A DNA stretch of 63,851 bases, the filler included, from Octopus bimaculoides (taxonomy: Eukaryota): the NCBI RefSeq assembly GCF_001194135.2. It is 5 parts of 5 records of this genome, joined end to end, with 100 filler letters (N's around TTAATTAATTAA, not from the genome) between each part and the next. Parts side by side here need not be neighbours in the genome. Positions count along the whole stretch, not along the records: positions 8,219 to 28,953 come from NC_068991.1; 4 more parts are not named here. One strand, written 5' to 3'. The translations under genes were made by a program, and so were the position numbers. Numbering within the stretch: the first letter of the stretch is position 1; the number at the start of each line of letters is the position of its first letter. The notes under the pieces are model-generated. The model made no database searches, was not told where the DNA came from, and was given only the letters and a program-made list of their open reading frames with translations. This document shows, piece after piece, positions 10,846 to 24,462 of this stretch.

Positions 10846-11118
10846 GGACAATGGGGAGAGCTCAGTATAGAAGAGACATGCCCAAATGAATTTCAACTTA
10901 AACTCTGAATACTTCATCAAGAGCAAGGCCCATGGCATCAAGAATGACTGAAAGACGGATCCAAAATAAGTTGATATGGAGGTAGTAATGCAGATAAACA
11001 CAATTAAGTTTGACATACGTGTATGTGTGTGTTTGTGTGTGTGTGTGCATGTGTGTGTTTGTTTGTCTGTGGCTATATGTAGATATATGTATGTATGTTT
11101 GTATGTGTCAAGCCTAAC

Positions 11119-11157
<39 letters not shown>

Positions 11158-13114
11158 CATGTATACTTTCCATATATACAATATAAACACTCTCTACATG
11201 TACATTATGCCATTCATCGTACATATATATACACTGTTCATCATAATCGTTTTATGAAAGATTTTTCTCTTCATAATATTCTTATCTGTTATAATTGAAT
11301 AAATTTAAACAACTATGATGTTCAGCACTAATACACTAATACACTAATACACACACACACAATACACAGAAATCTCTAATGTCTGTAGCAGTAAGCTATG
11401 AACTCATTCATATCTTGCCTTTAAATCTGCACAGACATTGATCCAAGGGCTCCTACTTTATGTAAAAAGCAGTATACATACAACCATCTATGTCCCTGTA
11501 TACATACATGCATGTACACATACGTACATTCATCCATATCTCAGAACATATATACATTCATCTATAAGCACAGTATTTATGTGTAAATTCTTACCTATAT
11601 GTATATTTCTGTATCCATGCATGCATATATACATCACATAAATGCATATACACATCTACTATATACACTTGATACATATAAACATAACATCTATGTATAC
11701 ATAGCATACATCATTTTGATGATGGGTTATATATATGTATTAGGGATAGTGAGGCTCCCTCATTGGCTTGCAGTTAGTAACAGGTTGCAAGTTTCTTGGG
11801 TGGAACACTTAATCTTCCGGGTTTTGCATTACATACTTTATAGAATAGAGATATGTAGAACAGAAAGATAAAACCACACATAAATATATATATATATATG
11901 TTCTTTATTGCCCACATGAAGCTAAACATAGAGGGGACAAACAAGGACAGACAAAGGGATTAAGTCGATTACATNNNNNNNNNNNNNNNNNNNNNNNNNN
12001 NNNNNNNNNNNNNNNNNNNNNNNNNNNNNNNNNNNNNNNNNNNNNNNNNNNNNNNNNNNNNNNNNNNNNNNNNNNNNNNNNNNNNNNNNNNNNNNNNNNN
12101 NNNNNNNNNNNNNNNNNNNNNNNNNNNNNNNNNNNNNNNNNNNNNNNNNNNNNNNNNNNNNNNNNNNNNNNNNNNNNNNNNNNNNNNNNNNNNNNNNNNN
12201 NNNNNNNNNNNNNNNNNNNNNNNNNNNNNNNNNNNNNNNNNNNNNNNNNNNNNNNNNNNNNNNNNNNNNNNNNNNNNNNNNNNNNNNNNNNNNNNNNNNN
12301 NNNNNNNNNNNNNNNNNNNNNNNNNNNNNNNNNNNNNNNNNNNNNNNNNNNNNNNNNNNNNNNNNNNNNNNNNNNNNNNNNNNNNNNNNNNNNNNNNNNN
12401 NNNNNNNNNNNNNNNNNNNNNNNNNNNNNNNNNNNNNNNNNNNNNNNNNNNNNNNNNNNNNNNNNNNNNNNNNNNNNNNNNNNNNNNNNNNNNNNNNNNN
12501 NNNNNNNNNNNNNNNNNNNNNNNNNNNNNNNNNNNNNNNNNNNNNNNNNNNNNNNNNNNNNNNNNNNNNNNNNNNNNNNNNNNNNNNNNNNNNNNNNNNN
12601 NNNNNNNNNNNNNNNNNNNNNNNNNNNNNNNNNNNNNNNNNNNNNNNNNNNNNNNNNNNNNNNNNNNNNNNNNNNNNNNNNNNNNNNNNNNNNNNNNNNN
12701 NNNNNTATAATGTTGCGTAGGAAATTTGTGAAAGTAAAAGAAAAATATATCCAAGACTTTCTACACAGAAATGAACAATTCTTTATTACAATATTCGGTA
12801 TGAAAGTTCTTAGCTTTATAGCTTTTCTTTTTTTTTTTTTTTGGTTTCCTTTTAATTTGAAAATAACCATGATATTGAAAATAACCATCACTAAAATAAG
12901 TACTGAGGTCAATGGAATCAATTTACTGGCTTGAAGGCTCCAGCATGGCCACAGCCCAATGATTGAAAGCAGTAATAGAATGAAACAGAATGAGACGATA
13001 TGGCACAGCTGTTTGGATACAAATGGTTTGGCATGGCTCATTACACATTTGGTCTGTTTTGGTGACTGCTTTTTAACACTGGAAGCAAACATACATACAT
13101 GCATGCACAAAAAT

Positions 13115-13145
<31 letters not shown>

Positions 13146-13248
13146 TACACTTACACATATATATTTAGAAAGAGAGAGAGATTACAATTTATTAATTGAA
13201 CATGACTGGCATAAATGCTTTACCTTCTCATACATAGAGGGAGAAAGA

Positions 13249-13287
<39 letters not shown>

Positions 13288-13826
13288 TATCAGATGCAAA
13301 ATAAGTCAGTGTTGAATCAGCAATGCCAGGCAGGCAGTGCCAAAATAGCTGAGCCAAAACGTCTCATACGCAGAATAAAAGATTTTAAAAATATGAACCA
13401 CGATGAAAGGAAACTGAGATATTGTTGAAAAGTACAAACAACAGTATGAAGAAGTAATTAAACTGAAGTAATTAGGAAGTTTGAAAGCTGAATCAGAAGA
13501 GAGGAGTTACAACTAGATGAAACCTCCAAGCAGTTTAAATGCACAGGCCTCTGGTATCCAAATGGCTAAAAGTATCAGTCGAAAGGCACCCAGGATGTAG
13601 TCCATCCCCCTTAGAATGTAAGAAGTTAAGGGCTGAAATACTTGCCTAAGTGAGAGATTTCTTCTCTGAAGACCTTCTGCTGTTCAGCTCTTTTGAGAAT
13701 TTCTTACTATCTTACCACCACCAGAGTGACTTAAACACAAAAACTCTTCTGCTAAGCATAGATGACATTACTGTTCCTGACCTTATTACCAATAAGGTTA
13801 GACCGTCAGTATTTAAACCAGCTCTA

Positions 13827-14022
13827 AGGCAGCGAGCTGGTAGGATTGTTTAATGACATTTGATCCATCTTTGAACATTCTGAGTTCAAATTCCATTCAG
13901 GTTGACTTTGCCTTTTAACCTTTCGGGTTTGATAAAAGAAGTATCATTGGGGGAGTCCATGTAATCGACTACCCGCCACCTCTTTTGAAATTGCTGGCCC
14001 TGTGCCAAAATTTGCAACCATC
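13827..14022 (+). mobile_element. SINE family A copy (diverged)
   Basis: aaggcagcgagctgg...ccaaaatttg. Confidence 0.75.
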
Positions 14023-14559
14023 ATTTAAACCAGCCCTAGGGATATGAGAGGTTATGTAGACAGAATTTGAACTCAGAACCAAAATGGAGTGAGCAAAGAT
14101 AATAGAATATCATTTATTTCAACAAACAAATGTTTTACTTAAAGAAACTAACTCCTCAATGAATTATAATCAAAATGACTGAGTATTCCACAGACAATTA
14201 TATCTGTAGCATAATCCTCATCATTCTCTTTGATGGTGGAAGTGGCAACAGTAGTGCCTTGATGAGCACTTTTCCATACCAGATGGAATTTGTTGAGGCA
14301 GATTTTCTACAGCTGGCTGCCTTCCTGATGCCAGCCCTCACTTGTTTCCAAGTAAAGCAATATTTGCCAATGAGTGGATAAGTTTTCGCAGAAGACTGGA
14401 AACCAATAATGTAGTTTGTATGATCATGACACTCATTTACAACTATGATGTGAAGTCGAGACAAGGAGACATGACCCCCTCACATAAACATACATCAGGC
14501 ACACATTTATACATCATCATAAAAAAAGATTGCAGTTGTGGCAGATTCCGGTATAATGC

Positions 14560-14915
14560 AAATGGCACCCGTGCCAGTAGCACGTAATAGTACCCATTAC
14601 ACTCTCAGAGTGGTTGGTATTAGGAAGGGCATCCAGCCATAGAAAACCATGCAAAAATCAGACTGGAGCCTGGTGCAGCCTTCCAGCGTGCCAGCCTGGT
14701 CAAACTGTCCAACCCATGCCAGCATAGACAACGGACAGTAAATGATGATGATGATTTCCATGCTGGCATTGGTTGGACAGTTTGGAAGGAGCTGGTCAGC
14801 CAAAGAACTTTCCAGGTTCCAGTTGTCAGTTTTGGTTTGGTTCCTATGGCTGGATAACCTTCCTAATGCAATCCACTCTACAGAGTGTACTGGGTGCTTT
14901 TTACGTGGCCCTGAC
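14560..14915. mobile_element. Two RTE 3' UTR copies, tail-to-tail
   Basis: The + copy at 14560-14755 ends in (GAT)n and is immediately followed by a - copy. Confidence 0.75.
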
Positions 14916-15062
14916 ATGGGTATGCATGCACACATGTATAAATACACATGCAAGCATGCACATATACATGCATACACACACATATATGGATATATACATG
15001 CATAAAACACTCAGCCGCTGAGTCCCTCTGTAGCTTCTGCCGGTTAATAAAACAACATAAGT

Positions 15063-15221
15063 GAAGGAGTGGTTGTGTGGTAAGAAGCTTGCTTACCAAC
15101 CACATGACTCTGGTTTCAGTCCCACTGCACGGCACCTTGGGCAAGTGTCTTCTACTATAGCCTCAGGCCAACCAAAGCATTGTGAGTGGATTTGGTAGAT
15201 GGAAACTGAAAGAAGCCTGTC

Positions 15222-15255
<34 letters not shown>

Positions 15256-15450
15256 TTGTCCCCCCACCATCGCTTGACTACAGATATTGGTGTGTTTAAA
15301 TCTCCGTAACTTAGCGATTTGGCAAAAGAGACCGATAGAATAAATACTAGGCTTACAAAGAATAAGTCCTGGGGTCGATTTGTTCGACTAAAGGCAGTGC
15401 TCCAGCATGGCCGCAGTCAAATGACTGAAACGAATAAAAAGAATAAAAGA
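15063..15450 (+). mobile_element. SINE family C (internal TA/TG microsatellite), full length
   Basis: ggagtggttgtgtggtaagaagcttgc...ccttgggcaagtgtcttc...(TA/TG)n...gctccagcatggccgcagtcaaatgactgaaac. Confidence 0.88.
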
Positions 15451-15506
15451 ATATTTACATGTTTTGAGCTTGGTTTTCCTTTTTTTTTTGTATCACCATA
15501 TATACA

Positions 15507-15538
<32 letters not shown>

Positions 15539-16892
15539 CAACAGGCTTCCTTCAGTTTCCATCAACCAAATCCATACACAAGTGTACAGTAGAATCAGAA
15601 CTATGTAAAAAAGCACTTGCACAAGGTGTTGTGTAGAAGTATTGAACCAGGAAAGTTTATGTTTGCATAGGAAACGTCTTAACCACACAGCTTATGTGTC
15701 TTTGGAAAAGGATACAACAGAGAATTAATTCCAAATCTTGTGAGTAATTCAAGCAATATATTTTCTAAACAAGGTATGAATGCAAGCAACAACAAAAATA
15801 ATTTAATGATGTTAATATTGCCTTTATATATATTTTTATGGGCAAAAATCTGACTTAGTAACATGTTGTATGTGAACCAGAGGTCGTGAGCACCTGCTAT
15901 AAAATAGCCAGTCTTTTGGTTGCTTTCTCTCTCTTTTTCCCTAACAAATGAACGAATACATAAATAAATATTTCAGCAATTACAGAAGCGAAAAAGTGAT
16001 TTCTCGATGGAAGAAGGAAAAGAAAATAACAAAAACAAAAACAAAAGAAAACGCAAAAAAACCCCCAAAAAAACCCACCCATTTCTTTTATATTAATAAG
16101 CTGTTATACAACAACAAATATGATTTATGGAAGAGGAAAAAAAAAGCCAAAAAAAAAAAAAAAGGAAATAAATAAATAAATACAGAAAAAAGGCATTTAC
16201 AAGAATCAATAGTGTGGAAAATGGTTGGAATTTTATCAAACAATGAAAAATTGAACAGCAAGAAGTATTTAAAAGCTAATCATTTTAGAAACTTCTATTC
16301 AACACAATGTGATCAAAAGAAATAACAGATGAAAATAAGAGAAATTTGTCTACAGATTATTACTAGATGGATATTATATATATATATTTGATCAGAGGAA
16401 AAAAAAAGCCATCAACCGATGGGATTTGAATCTATGGAGCAACATAAGCTAGTGATAGTGGTGGTGGTGGTGGGGGTAGCCCCTAACTTGCCTTTCAATT
16501 AGGATGAAAAATAATGAGAAGAGAGGGAGAGAGAGAGAGAGAAAGAGAGAGAGTAAACTATTATCTCCAATATATCTATTATGGTCGTTTTTTTTTGAAG
16601 GTAGGAGGGGTAGGTGAAGAACGTATCGAATAAACGCGACTCCTGCAGTAAGGAGTGAAGTACAGGTATGTTTTAAAGTAAGTACAACTTAGAAAAATAT
16701 AAAGTATAGCACCACTGCTAAACCATCTATACCAAATTTCATTGAAAACTGTAGAGAAAAAGAGAGAGACAGACCGGAAGACACAGAGAGAAAGAGAGAG
16801 AGAGAGAGAAGCTCTGTGTGTTAGTTCCATACAACTTATTTCAAAACCTATTGGCTTGGAAGCTTTTTTTAAACATTTTTACTGTCTTCATA

Positions 16893-17360
16893 GATGCAGA
16901 CATGACTGCGTGGTAAAAAGTTTGCTTGCCAACCACATAGTTCCCAGTTCAGTTCCATTGCGTGGCATCTTGGGCAAGTGTCTTCTACCATAGCCCCAGG
17001 TCAACCAAAGCCTTTGTGAATGGATTTGGTAGTCTGTCATATCATTATCATCATCATCATTATCATCCTCCAACGTCCATTTTCCATGCTGGCATGGGTT
17101 GGACCATTACACACACACACACATGCAGATGTTTGTATGTGTGTGTGTGTGATTATGTCTGTGTTTGTCCCCCACCACCACTTGACAACCATTGTTGGTG
17201 TGTTTATGTCCCTGTAACTTAGCAGTTTGGCAAAAAATAAGACCGATAGAATAAATACCAGGCTTCAAAGAAAGCAAAAACAAATAAATACTGGGGTTGA
17301 TTCATTTGATTAAAATTCTTGATGGTGGTGCCCCAGCATGGTCACAGTCCAATGACAAAC
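16893..17360 (+). mobile_element. SINE family C with an RTE-tail fragment at its internal microsatellite
   Basis: C head 16893-17040, RTE 3' fragment about 17043-17103, C tail to 17360. Confidence 0.75.
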
Positions 17361-17572
17361 AGATCTCTTCTCTCCTTATGAATGTGTTCTTACCCTTCTG
17401 ATGTTGCTCAAACAATAGGGATACATCATCATCATCATCATCATCATCATCATTTTAACATCCACTTTTCCATGCTGGTATGGGTCAGTCAGAAATCTTT
17501 CCAGGCAGATTTTCTACAGCCAGATGCTCTTCCTGTTGCCTACCATCACTTCTTTCCAAGCATCGTAATACT

Positions 17573-17788
17573 GGTTTCGAGTTTTGGCACCAGGCCAGCA
17601 ATTTTGAGGAAGGAGGCTGGTTGATTACAATGACCCCAATGTTCAACTGGTACTTATTTTAATGACCCTAAAAGGGATGAAAAACGAAGTCAACCTTCAG
17701 TGGAATTTGAACTCAGAACACAAAGATGGATGAAATGCCACTAAGCATTTTACCTGACATGCTAATGGTTCTGCCAGCTTGCCATCTT
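17573..17788 (-). mobile_element. SINE family A copy (diverged)
   Basis: Reverse-complement match to family A. Confidence 0.75.
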
Positions 17789-17940
17789 GAAGCAAAGTAA
17801 TATTTCCTCAAGACATGTTTTGACAGAAGATTGGATATAAATAATAGTGCTTACATGATAGTGATGCTCGCTTATAAACATTATATGATATCAAGATATG
17901 GGTACACACACAAACACACACACACATGCATTGTGTGTGT

Positions 17941-18322
17941 TGTTGGCACTCCGTCGCTTACAATGTCGAGGGTTCCAGTTGATCCGATCAACGGAACAGC
18001 CTGCTCGTGAAATTAACGTGCAAGTGGCTGAGCACTCCACAGACACGTGTACCTTTAACGTAGTTCTCGGGGATAATCAGCGTGACACAGTGTGACAAGG
18101 CTGACCCTTTGAATTACAGGTACAACAGAAACAGGAAATAAGAGTGAGAGAAAGTTGTGGTGGAAGAGTACAGCAGGGTTCGCCACCATCCCCTGCCGGA
18201 GCCTCGTGGAGCTTCAAGTGTTTTCGCTCAATAAACACTCACAACGTCCGGTCTGGGAATCAAAATCGTGATCCTATGACCGCGAGTCCGCTGCCCTAAC
18301 TACTGGGCCATTGCGCCTCCAC
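17941..18322 (-). mobile_element. SINE head B + tail Y, full length
   Basis: tRNA-like head ggcgcaatggcccagt...; tail ends cgacggagtgccaaca. Confidence 0.9.
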
Positions 18323-18783
18323 ATTGTGTGTGTATACCCAAAGCATTCTGTCATGTAAGCAATACTGTTCATTTCTTATCTTTCGTGGGGAATGAGTCAG
18401 GCCATGGGAAATTCTAACCTTGCTTGGAAACAAGCGAGTCAGCAACAGGAAAGACATCCAGCTATACAAGAATCTGCCTGGATAAAATTCCATCGACCCA
18501 AGCGAAGAATGGAGAAGCCGGCATTAAATGATGTTGATGATGATGATAATGACAATAACAAAGGCCTCTTTTATTCAATAGCCTGTTTTATTGAAATCAT
18601 TTTCCATATATTTACAGATAACTATAAAGTTGCTAAAGTGTGATCTATGTGACTTGGGTACTTCTATATGTTGAAAAACATAAAAACAAACCTCAAAAAC
18701 AAAAGCAACTGAAACCAGATGAAATCCTAGCCTTAGAGAAAGGGGTGGTGTCGATGTTGGTGGAAAAACAGAAAGACTGAGTT

Positions 18784-18817
<34 letters not shown>

Positions 18818-19229
18818 TCGATAATTCATTACATTACAAAATACAATGCTCTCTATGAAGAAGCAAACGGTGTATCATTTGCTTCCAATGTCAGGCAGTT
18901 TATATGGCATTATGAAATTTTAATTAAGCGAAAATTGACTGATTTATCAAGGAGTTTTGTGCAAAAGCTCATTAAAAGAATTTTTCGATGATGGCAAAAA
19001 TAAAGAAGGAAAACAAACAAAGTAGACAAAATTGAAAATAAATATAGCTGCTGCTGCGGAAATAACATGTAGGAAACCATATTGTAGACACAATGGAACA
19101 GTGTGTGTCTGTATTGGTGGTGATGCTCCTCGCAGATGAAGAGTAAATAAACGAGCAAAATTCTTCTTCTTACCTTTTGTCTTACCATTGTGATTTACTT
19201 AGGTTTTATCTAGTTTTTTTTTTGTTATT

Positions 19230-19439
19230 TACTACAACCACCACTACCACCACCACCACCGCAAGTATTACAACAACGGCTACTACTACTACTACTACAA
19301 CCACCACCACCAGCACTATCACTATTACTACCACCACCACCACTACTGTTATAACTATCATCACCACCACCAGCACTACTACAACAATCACCACCACTGC
19401 TACCACTACTACTACTACTACAACCACAATCACCACCAT

Positions 19440-19489
<50 letters not shown>

Positions 19490-19586
19490 GCACTATCACT
19501 ATTACTACCACCACCACCACTACTACTGCTATTACTGTCATCACCACCAACACCACTACTACAACCACCACCACCACCACCACCAT

Positions 19587-19640
<54 letters not shown>

Positions 19641-19646
19641 CACTAC
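19230..19646 (+). repeat. Compound (ACT/ACC/ACA)n trinucleotide repeat
   Basis: Poly-Thr / poly-Val ORFs; contains an internally duplicated block. Confidence 0.9.
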
Positions 19647-21349
19647 CTTGCTACAGGTTTTCTAGTATTCGTAAATTACAACAGTTTTCTATGGTGGTGG
19701 CTTTTCCTGAATCCATAACATGACTTGCTNNNNNNNNNNNNNNNNNNNNNNNNNNNNNNNNNNNNNNNNNNNNNNNNNNNNNNNNNNNNNNNNNNNNNNN
19801 NNNNNNNNNNNNNNNNNNNNNNNNNNNNNNNNNNNNNNNNNNNNNNNNNNNNNNNNNNNNNNNNNNNNNNNNNNNNNNNNNNNNNNNNNNNNNNNNNNNN
19901 NNNNNNNNNNNNNNNNNNNNNNNNNNNNNNNNNNNNNNNNNNNNNNNNNNNNNNNNNNNNNNNNNNNNNNNNNNNNNNNNNNNNNNNNNNNNNNNNNNNN
20001 NNNNNNNNNNNNNNNNNNNNNNNNNNNNNNNNNNNNNNNNNNNNNNNNNNNNNNNNNNNNNNNNNNNNNNNNNNNNNNNNNNNNNNNNNNNNNNNNNNNN
20101 NNNNNNNNNNNNNNNNNNNNNNNNNNNNNNNNNNNNNNNNNNNNNNNNNNNNNNNNNNNNNNNNNNNNNNNNNNNNNNNNNNNNNNNNNNNNNNNNNNNN
20201 NNNNNNNNNNNNNNNNNNNNNNNNNNNNNNNNNNNNNNNNNNNNNNNNNNNNNNNNNNNNNNNNNNNNNNNNNNNNNNNNNNNNNNNNNNNNNNNNNNNN
20301 NNNNNNNNNNNNNNNNNNNNNNNNNNNNNNNNNNNNNNNNNNNNNNNNNNNNNNNNNNNNNNNNNNNNNNNNNNNNNNNNNNNNNNNNNNNNNNNNNNNN
20401 NNNNNNNNNNNNNNNNNNNNNNNNNNNNNNNNNNNNNNNNNNNNNNNNNNNNNNNNNNNNNNNNNNNNNNNNNNNNNNNNNNNNNNNNNNNNNNNNNNNN
20501 NNNNNNNNNNNNNNNNNNNNNNNNNNNNNNNNNNNNNNNNNNNNNNNNNNNNNNNNNNNNNNNNNNNNNNNNNNNNNNNNNNNNNNNNNNNNNNNNNNNN
20601 NNNNNNNNNNNNNNNNNNNNNNNNNNNNNNNNNNNNNNNNNNNNNNNNNNNNNNNNNNNNNNNNNNNNNNNNNNNNNNNNNNNNNNNNNNNNNNNNNNNN
20701 NNNNNNNGGGCATAACAACAACAACAACAGCGACAACAACAAAAGGGGAAAAAAGAAAAAAAAAGAACCCATTTTATTGAATAGCATCTTTTAGCTGTTT
20801 GACCTTTCTTTAAAATGAGGAACAAGAGAGAAAGATAGACAGAGATAGACACACACACACACACACATACATTCACACATATATGCACATACATATGTAC
20901 ACACATATGAAGAATGTTGTATATTTGGAGAATTGGATGTTGAGAAGTAACGACGGGTAAGTGATAGTAAACATGTTAATACCAATATCATAATTACAAG
21001 ACAACTCTCGTTAATTGATTGATGCAATAATTGAATCCTCCAGCACATTTTTAATTATCATCTTTATTTATCTATGTATTTATTTTGTTCGTGGCTTAGT
21101 CAGGGCCTCCAAGACTGGTGGTGGTAAGAAGAAAGCGGAATTACCAAAGACCTGGGCTGAAATACTTGCAGAGAAGAAAGGTCGAAGCAACAGGTTGTTA
21201 AGTTAAACAGGAGATAATGAATGGAGCAGACGCATAATAGCTAGAGTGTGTGGCTGTTACCGGAGCAGTGGTCCTTGAGTTTGCCACCCTCTTCAGGCCC
21301 CGACAGCTCCCTATTAGGGCTTACCCCCATTAAAGCATCACCTGGGCTA

Positions 21350-21680
21350 AACCACCTCCATCACTCCCACACCTCCAACACCCTACCTCCATCACCCTCC
21401 CATGCTGTCATCACCCTCCCACACTCCATCACCCTCTCACACCTCCATCACTCCCACACCTCCAACACCCTACCTCCATCATCCCCCTGCACATCCATCA
21501 CCCTCCCACACTCTATCACCCTCTCACACCTCCATCACTCCCACACCTCCATCATCCCCCTGCATATCCATCACCTGCCCATGCTGCCATCACCCTCCCA
21601 CACTCCATCACACTCTCACACCTCAATCACCCTCCCACCACCCTCCCATATCTCCATCACCCTCCTGCACTTCCACCCCC
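21350..21680 (+). repeat. C-rich minisatellite built from tccatcac(c/t)ctcccacac-like subunits
   Basis: Repeated subunits with a longer-period repeat; the minus strand has many GG/GGG runs. Confidence 0.85.
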
Positions 21681-22319
21681 CCCCACCACCATCATCTGCT
21701 TTATACAAACCTCCTAGCTCTGATACCAGAATGGAGTCTACTACCCAAGAGTAGAAGTGTACCCACAGACAGGTTTCCACAAAGTTTCTGTCACCCTTTG
21801 GTCAATCTGAGGCCATGGTTGAAAACACGTGGCCAAACACGATCACCATTTGACTTTGTAAATAACTTTTATTATATTCAGCATATTATGCTTTCAACAC
21901 TTTTTAATAAGAACTTCCAGTAATCCGAAACCAATAATTTTACTGTAAAGAAACTGTCTGGAAGGCTGGTTGGTATATTGTCATTCAAATGAAAACAGCC
22001 AAACTAAGACAGATCAATAGAAAAAAAAAAATATATACATTGACCTTTTATCAGTTGTAATAACAGAGAAATAATTTATACCCTCTTATGCAACTCGCAA
22101 CAGTTTTACAAGATGATTTTCATAATTTAGCACCAATCACATGTTAAGCCATTTGTCGATAGGAACCTCACATTATAATCCCATTTTTCATCATTAAATC
22201 CATTCCAAGTGTGAAAAAGCTTTATGTCTGTTATTAACTTCTGTTGGATAAAGCTAAGATTATGGGCTGTTCATAGACCATTTTCTAAACATTTCCTCAG
22301 CAGTCCTTTTATATGCATG

Positions 22320-22401
<82 letters not shown>

Positions 22402-24261
22402 TATTAATTCAGAAGCAGTGAATTCTTTACAAAAGAAGCAAAACAAGGAGATTAAAAGTACATTTTTAAACATATCAAGCTTTTCTAAATAACCTGGTTC
22501 TGCAGAAGATAATAGCTATTTAATAACAAGTACTATTTGATCTAAATGGATGGGATGTCGATAAATCAATAAGCATAGACTATGTGATCTGTGATTGGTC
22601 ATGCACCAATTACTGTACAACTTAGGACAGACTTTCATCTACAATGACCTTTTCAACAAGCTAAGATACTCTTAAAGCAGCAGGCCAGACACCCACCACC
22701 ATACCAACTGCCTGCTTCACAAATCCTATAAAAAGCACATGAACCATATCTTATAGAATATCCTGGCACCAACAAAGAAAGAAATATGAATCAAGTCATT
22801 ATGTCTAAGACAAAGCTAATCTACATCAATGCAATTTGTATCAAGTGAAACAAGATTCAGACTATGTATGAGTATGTGTCTGTCCACTACACTAAAAGTA
22901 ATTAATAATGCTGCATATTAGTTCTGACTACTTCAGCTAATTAGCATGTGATATCTGCTCTAAGACATAACAAAAGGCAACTAATAAATCAGACATGAAG
23001 TGGCTGCAGCTCCCCCACCCTTAGGTAAGTAGGCTGTCCACTTGAAGAAATTTAACAAAAGTCTCATGCTGTGATACGCATATAAGTTTATTAAGTTTCG
23101 CCTGAGGAGTAGATTTCACTTAACTGATAAGAAGATTTAGCAAAGCTACAAGTTTGAAATACTGGAAAGAAAAAAAAAAAAGAAATCTTGTAAATTACAG
23201 AGTAAATTTGCTTCCAGTGAAGAGGAATTTAACGTTTATAAAATGTAGCAGTCAGAATCTTTGATGCAAAGTTCACACCAGGCATGTTAGTTTGATCAAA
23301 GATACAAGAACATGAGGGATTTGGCTAAAGAGAAGAAAAGTAATGGAAGGTAGAACAGCATATAATATAAAAAGACAGAACAAAGAGTTTAAAGTTTTAA
23401 AAGGTACAATGTGCTGTCATGTGGATAAGATAACTTTCATTTAATGTGTGCTGTAATTTTTCATTTCATTAGATTCATTGATTCAAGGAAGAGAGAATAT
23501 AGGAATCTATTGTTCTACAGTTACTACAATAACTGATGTGGCATTGTACAGAAGTTCGATATATTGACTAAAAGTATTTCAAGACTTAAGAGAGCTTGGC
23601 CGTTTTCCTTAAAAGCAGTCTTGTACTCTTTACTTTGATATAACAATGTTATTTTGCTTAGTTAGATGCCACCAACAATATGTCATTATAAAATAATGCA
23701 ACACCTTTGTGAATCTTCTGTGAAATACATATAGTTCTTGACAAAGAACCTCAAAATGACAGAGTCAGTTATCCAAAATTTATAAAGGTAAAAAAAAATT
23801 ACTTAACGGTAATGCCATAACAGAGTAACAGTCGCTGGCTGAAGACAATAAAAGAACAAGAGCACTCAGAGAACACAAACCTCCATCAATGATTAGCCAG
23901 AGATGATTTTTAAAATGCGAATATCTGAAATAAACTCGACTGCTCTCACAAATGCGAATACTAAAAATGAACCTGTCTGCTTCCAAAAATTAAGTAAAAA
24001 AAATCAGGAAAAATAATCCAGAATCCTCGTCTGGTACCAGATTGATTCCAAAATCTAATCAGTTTGTGCCAGTCAAGAGGTCAAACATCCCTGAAAGTTT
24101 CATCCGAATCCATCCTGCTATTCTTGAGATATCTTGTCCATGGACAAACAAACAAACAAACAAACATGACTGAAAACAATGCATCTGCCTTAATAGAAAA
24201 TATTGGGTTTAAAAAGTTTAAAAGTTCTTTTTTTTTCCCTAATTAATTAGGGCAATTTGCA

Positions 24262-24462
24262 TGTAAAAAGCACTGGTGCCGGTGCCATATAAAAATACTC
24301 AGAACACTCTGTAAAGTGGTTGGCACTAGGAAGGGCATCCAGCTGTAGAAATGAAGCCAAAGCAACTATGGAACCTGATGTGGCCCCTGTCCTTACCAGC
24401 ACCTGTGAAGCCATCCAACCCATGCCAGCATGGAAGACAGATGCTAAATGATGATGATGATG
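24262..24462 (+). mobile_element. RTE 3' UTR copy
   Basis: aggaagggcatccagctgtagaa...acccatgccagcatggaa...atgatgatg. Confidence 0.75.

Noticed and set aside
18910-19188. 92-aa hydrophobic minus-strand ORF
   Set aside because: Composition is explained by AT-rich DNA; no motif or convincing splice sites.
11905-20906. Long ORFs running through N gaps (for example 417 aa at 11905-13158 and 405 aa at 19689-20906)
   Set aside because: They are open only because N codons are not stops.
21718-21729. TGGTATCAGAGC on the minus strand, an LTR primer-binding-site look-alike
   Set aside because: It matches the plant-type initiator tRNA-Met end rather than the animal one, and no LTR pair or gag/pol is nearby; probably chance.
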